Shown here piece after piece: positions 61,564-64,000 of a stretch of DNA of 64,000 nucleotides (positions within the stretch are counted from its first letter, which is position 1; each line of letters starts with the position of its first letter). Position numbers and translations under genes: made by a program. Location of the stretch: contig OZ024744.1 of NCBI GenBank assembly GCA_964016885.1, positions 119,474,001 through 119,538,000 of the forward strand. The letters are read 5' to 3'. The notes under the pieces were generated by a model, which was not told the DNA's origin, did no database searches, and was given only the letters and a program-made list of their open reading frames with translations. This stretch comes from Eledone cirrhosa. Lineage: Eukaryota.

Positions 61564-63346
61564 TGTAGGGGTCACAACAAAAAGTACCCAGTCCACACTG
61601 TAAAGTGGTCATGGAGGTGTAACAACAAAAAGTACCCAGTACACATTGTAGAGTGGTCGTGTATATGTCACAACAAAAGGTACCCAGTCTACACGGTATA
61701 GTGGTCATGTAGGTGTCACAACAAAAAGTAGCCAGTTCACACTGTAAAGTAGTCATGTAGGTGTCATGACAAAAAGTACCCAGTACATACTGTAAAGTGG
61801 TCATGTAGGTGTGACAACAAAAATTACCAAGTACACACTGTAAAGTGGTCATGTAGGTGTCACAACAAAAAGTACACAGTACACACTGTAAAGTGTTCGA
61901 ATAGGTGTCACAACAAAAAGTACCCAGTACACACTGTAGACTGGTCATGTAGTTGTCATGACAAAAAGTACCCAGTTCAAACTGTAAAATGGTCATGTAG
62001 GTGTCACAACAAAAAGTACCCAGTACACACTGTAAAGTGGTCATGTAGGTGTCACAACAAAACGTACCCAGTACACACTGTAAAGTGGTCATGTAGGTGT
62101 CACAACAAAAAGTACCTAGCACACACTGTAGACTGGTCATGTAGTTGTCATGACAAAAAGTACCCAGTTCAAACTGTAAAATGGTCATGTAGGTGTCACA
62201 ACAAAAAGTACCCAGTACACACTGTAAAGTGGTCATGTAGGTGTCACAACAAAACGTACCCAGTACACACTGTAAAGTGGACATGTAGGTGTCATGACAA
62301 AAAGTACCCAGTACATACTGTAAAGTGGTCATGTAGGTGTGACAACAAAAATTACCAAGTACACACTGTAAAGTGGTCATGTAGGTGTCACAACAAAAAG
62401 TACACAGTACACACTGTAAAGTGTTCGAATAGGTGTCACAACAAAAAGTACCCAGTACACACTGTAGACTGGTCATGTAGTTGTCATGACAAAAAGTACC
62501 CAGTTCAAACTGTAAAATGGTCATGTAGGTGTCACAACAAAAAGTACCCAGTACACACTGTAAAGTGGTCATGTAGGTGTCACAACAAAACGTACCCAGT
62601 ACACACTGTAAAGTGGTCATGTAGGTGTCACAACAAAAAGTACCTAGCACACACTGTAGACTGGTCATGTAGTTGTCATGACAAAAAGTACCCAGTTCAA
62701 ACTGTAAAATGGTCATGTAGGTGTCACAACAAAAAGTACCCAGTACACACTGTAAAGTGGTCATGTAGGTGTCACAACAAAACGTACCCAGTACACACTG
62801 TAAAGTGGACATGTAGGTGTCATGACAAAAAGTAGCCAGTACACACTGTAAAGTGGTCATGTAGGTGTCACAACAAAATGTACCTAGTACACACTGTAAA
62901 GTGGTCATGTAGGTGTCACAACAAAATGTACTCAGTACACACTCTAAGGTGGTCATGTAGGTGTCATGACAAAAAGTACCCAGTACACACTGTAAAGTGG
63001 TCATGTAGGTGTCACAACAAGTACTCAGTACACACTGTAAAGTGGTCATGTAGGTGTCACAACAAAATGTACCTAGTACACACTCTAAGGTGGTCATGTA
63101 GGTGTCATAACTAAAAGTACCCAGTACACACTCCAAAGTGGTCATGTAGGTGTCATGACAAAAAGTACCCAATACACACTGCAAATGTGGTTGGCATTAA
63201 GAAGTGCATCCAGCTGTAGAAATCAAGCCCAAACCTGTTCTGTATGAGCAAGACATGGTCACCTGACCTGACTTGTTTCACAATGGGGCAACTCATCAAA
63301 GACATGCTAGTGTGGTTAAATGGACATTAAACAGTGATGATGATGA
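61564..63346 (+). mobile_element. SINE family B with about 34 tandem 48-bp units (61564-63185)
   Basis: The array runs into GTGGTTGGCATTAAGAAGTGCATCCAGCTGTAGAAA and a GATGATGATGA tail. Confidence 0.88.
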
Positions 63347-64000
63347 AAACAGGACCCTGACACCATTGTTAAAGGGGTCCTGTTCATTATGTAGAAAAAG
63401 GGGCAATACGGTGCAGCAAGGGTAAGTTATGTGTTGTGAGAGACTGACAGAAAATGTAAACTTTGTAAATGGAGAATACACAGGTGTAGTTTCTATTACA
63501 TGGGTAATCTAATGATAAGTGGATGGGATTTACTGAAAGTAGACAGAATAAGAATGGGTGAGGGTGGAGGGAGATATTATTTTTGTTGGTAGTAAAAGGT
63601 TTCTATGTAGTCGCCTTCTTTGTCGAAAAACAAAGAAGGTCAAGAATTGATGAATTCCTAGTTTCACTTTAGAGATCATCAGGGCTTTGCGTTTCTAGAT
63701 ACACCACTCTTGGGTCCGAAATAACAGCTGGGGTGAAATAGATGGTATGGAACAAACGGGGTGGAATGGAATAAGTAGGTCTGGGTTGGAAAATCAGTAA
63801 TTTTTTCTAGGTTGTCTCTATTGATATTTTAAAAAAACAGAATTAGTCGTTTAGTTTACATATTGAGACCCAACCCATCCTATTTATTTTATAACATATG
63901 GTATTTCTAATAATGTACTTTTTTCGTCATGTATAATGTTTTTTAATGTCTAAATGAAAATTGTCACAGGAATGCTACCACTTAAAATAACATTTATCAG

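Noticed and set aside
61556-63184. 542-aa Cys-rich repeat protein (CCDTYMTTLQCVLGTF)n
   Set aside because: Antisense reading of a 48-bp (multiple of 3) SINE-internal array; the same unit has frame-breaking indels at 2077 and 30078.
63560-64000. Possible Penelope-like element fragment
   Set aside because: No diagnostic RT or GIY-YIG motif is readable within the window.

Overview
Eukaryotic, repeat-saturated genomic DNA. The SINE/LINE content looks mollusc/cephalopod-like, but that is inference, not proof. No bacterial-type genes, CRISPR arrays or rRNA/tRNA genes were seen, and no host gene could be identified with confidence (only a few isolated candidate exons). The window is a nested pile of retroelements: a CsRn1/kabuki-type Gypsy LTR element (16384-21713, -) with a tRNA-Trp PBS and a short gag; a full-length but decayed Tx1/L1 LINE (21785-26890, +); a 5'-truncated CR1 with an open RT frame (59481-60775, -); many RTE, R4/Dong-like and Tx1 fragments; and three short interspersed families. 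The most striking pattern is that nearly every tandem array appears to have grown inside a transposon. A 19-kb 70-73-bp satellite (with a 4470-bp higher-order duplication) sits directly upstream of an RTE endonuclease start. A palindromic 41-bp satellite is built from the YADD catalytic-motif region of an RTE reverse transcriptase and forms part of a fold-back. A 72-bp array fills a TTAA-flanked piggyBac-like MITE that splits an R4-like ORF. The 48-bp and 112-bp arrays expand inside one SINE family. Nearly all long ORFs in the arrays are repeat artefacts.
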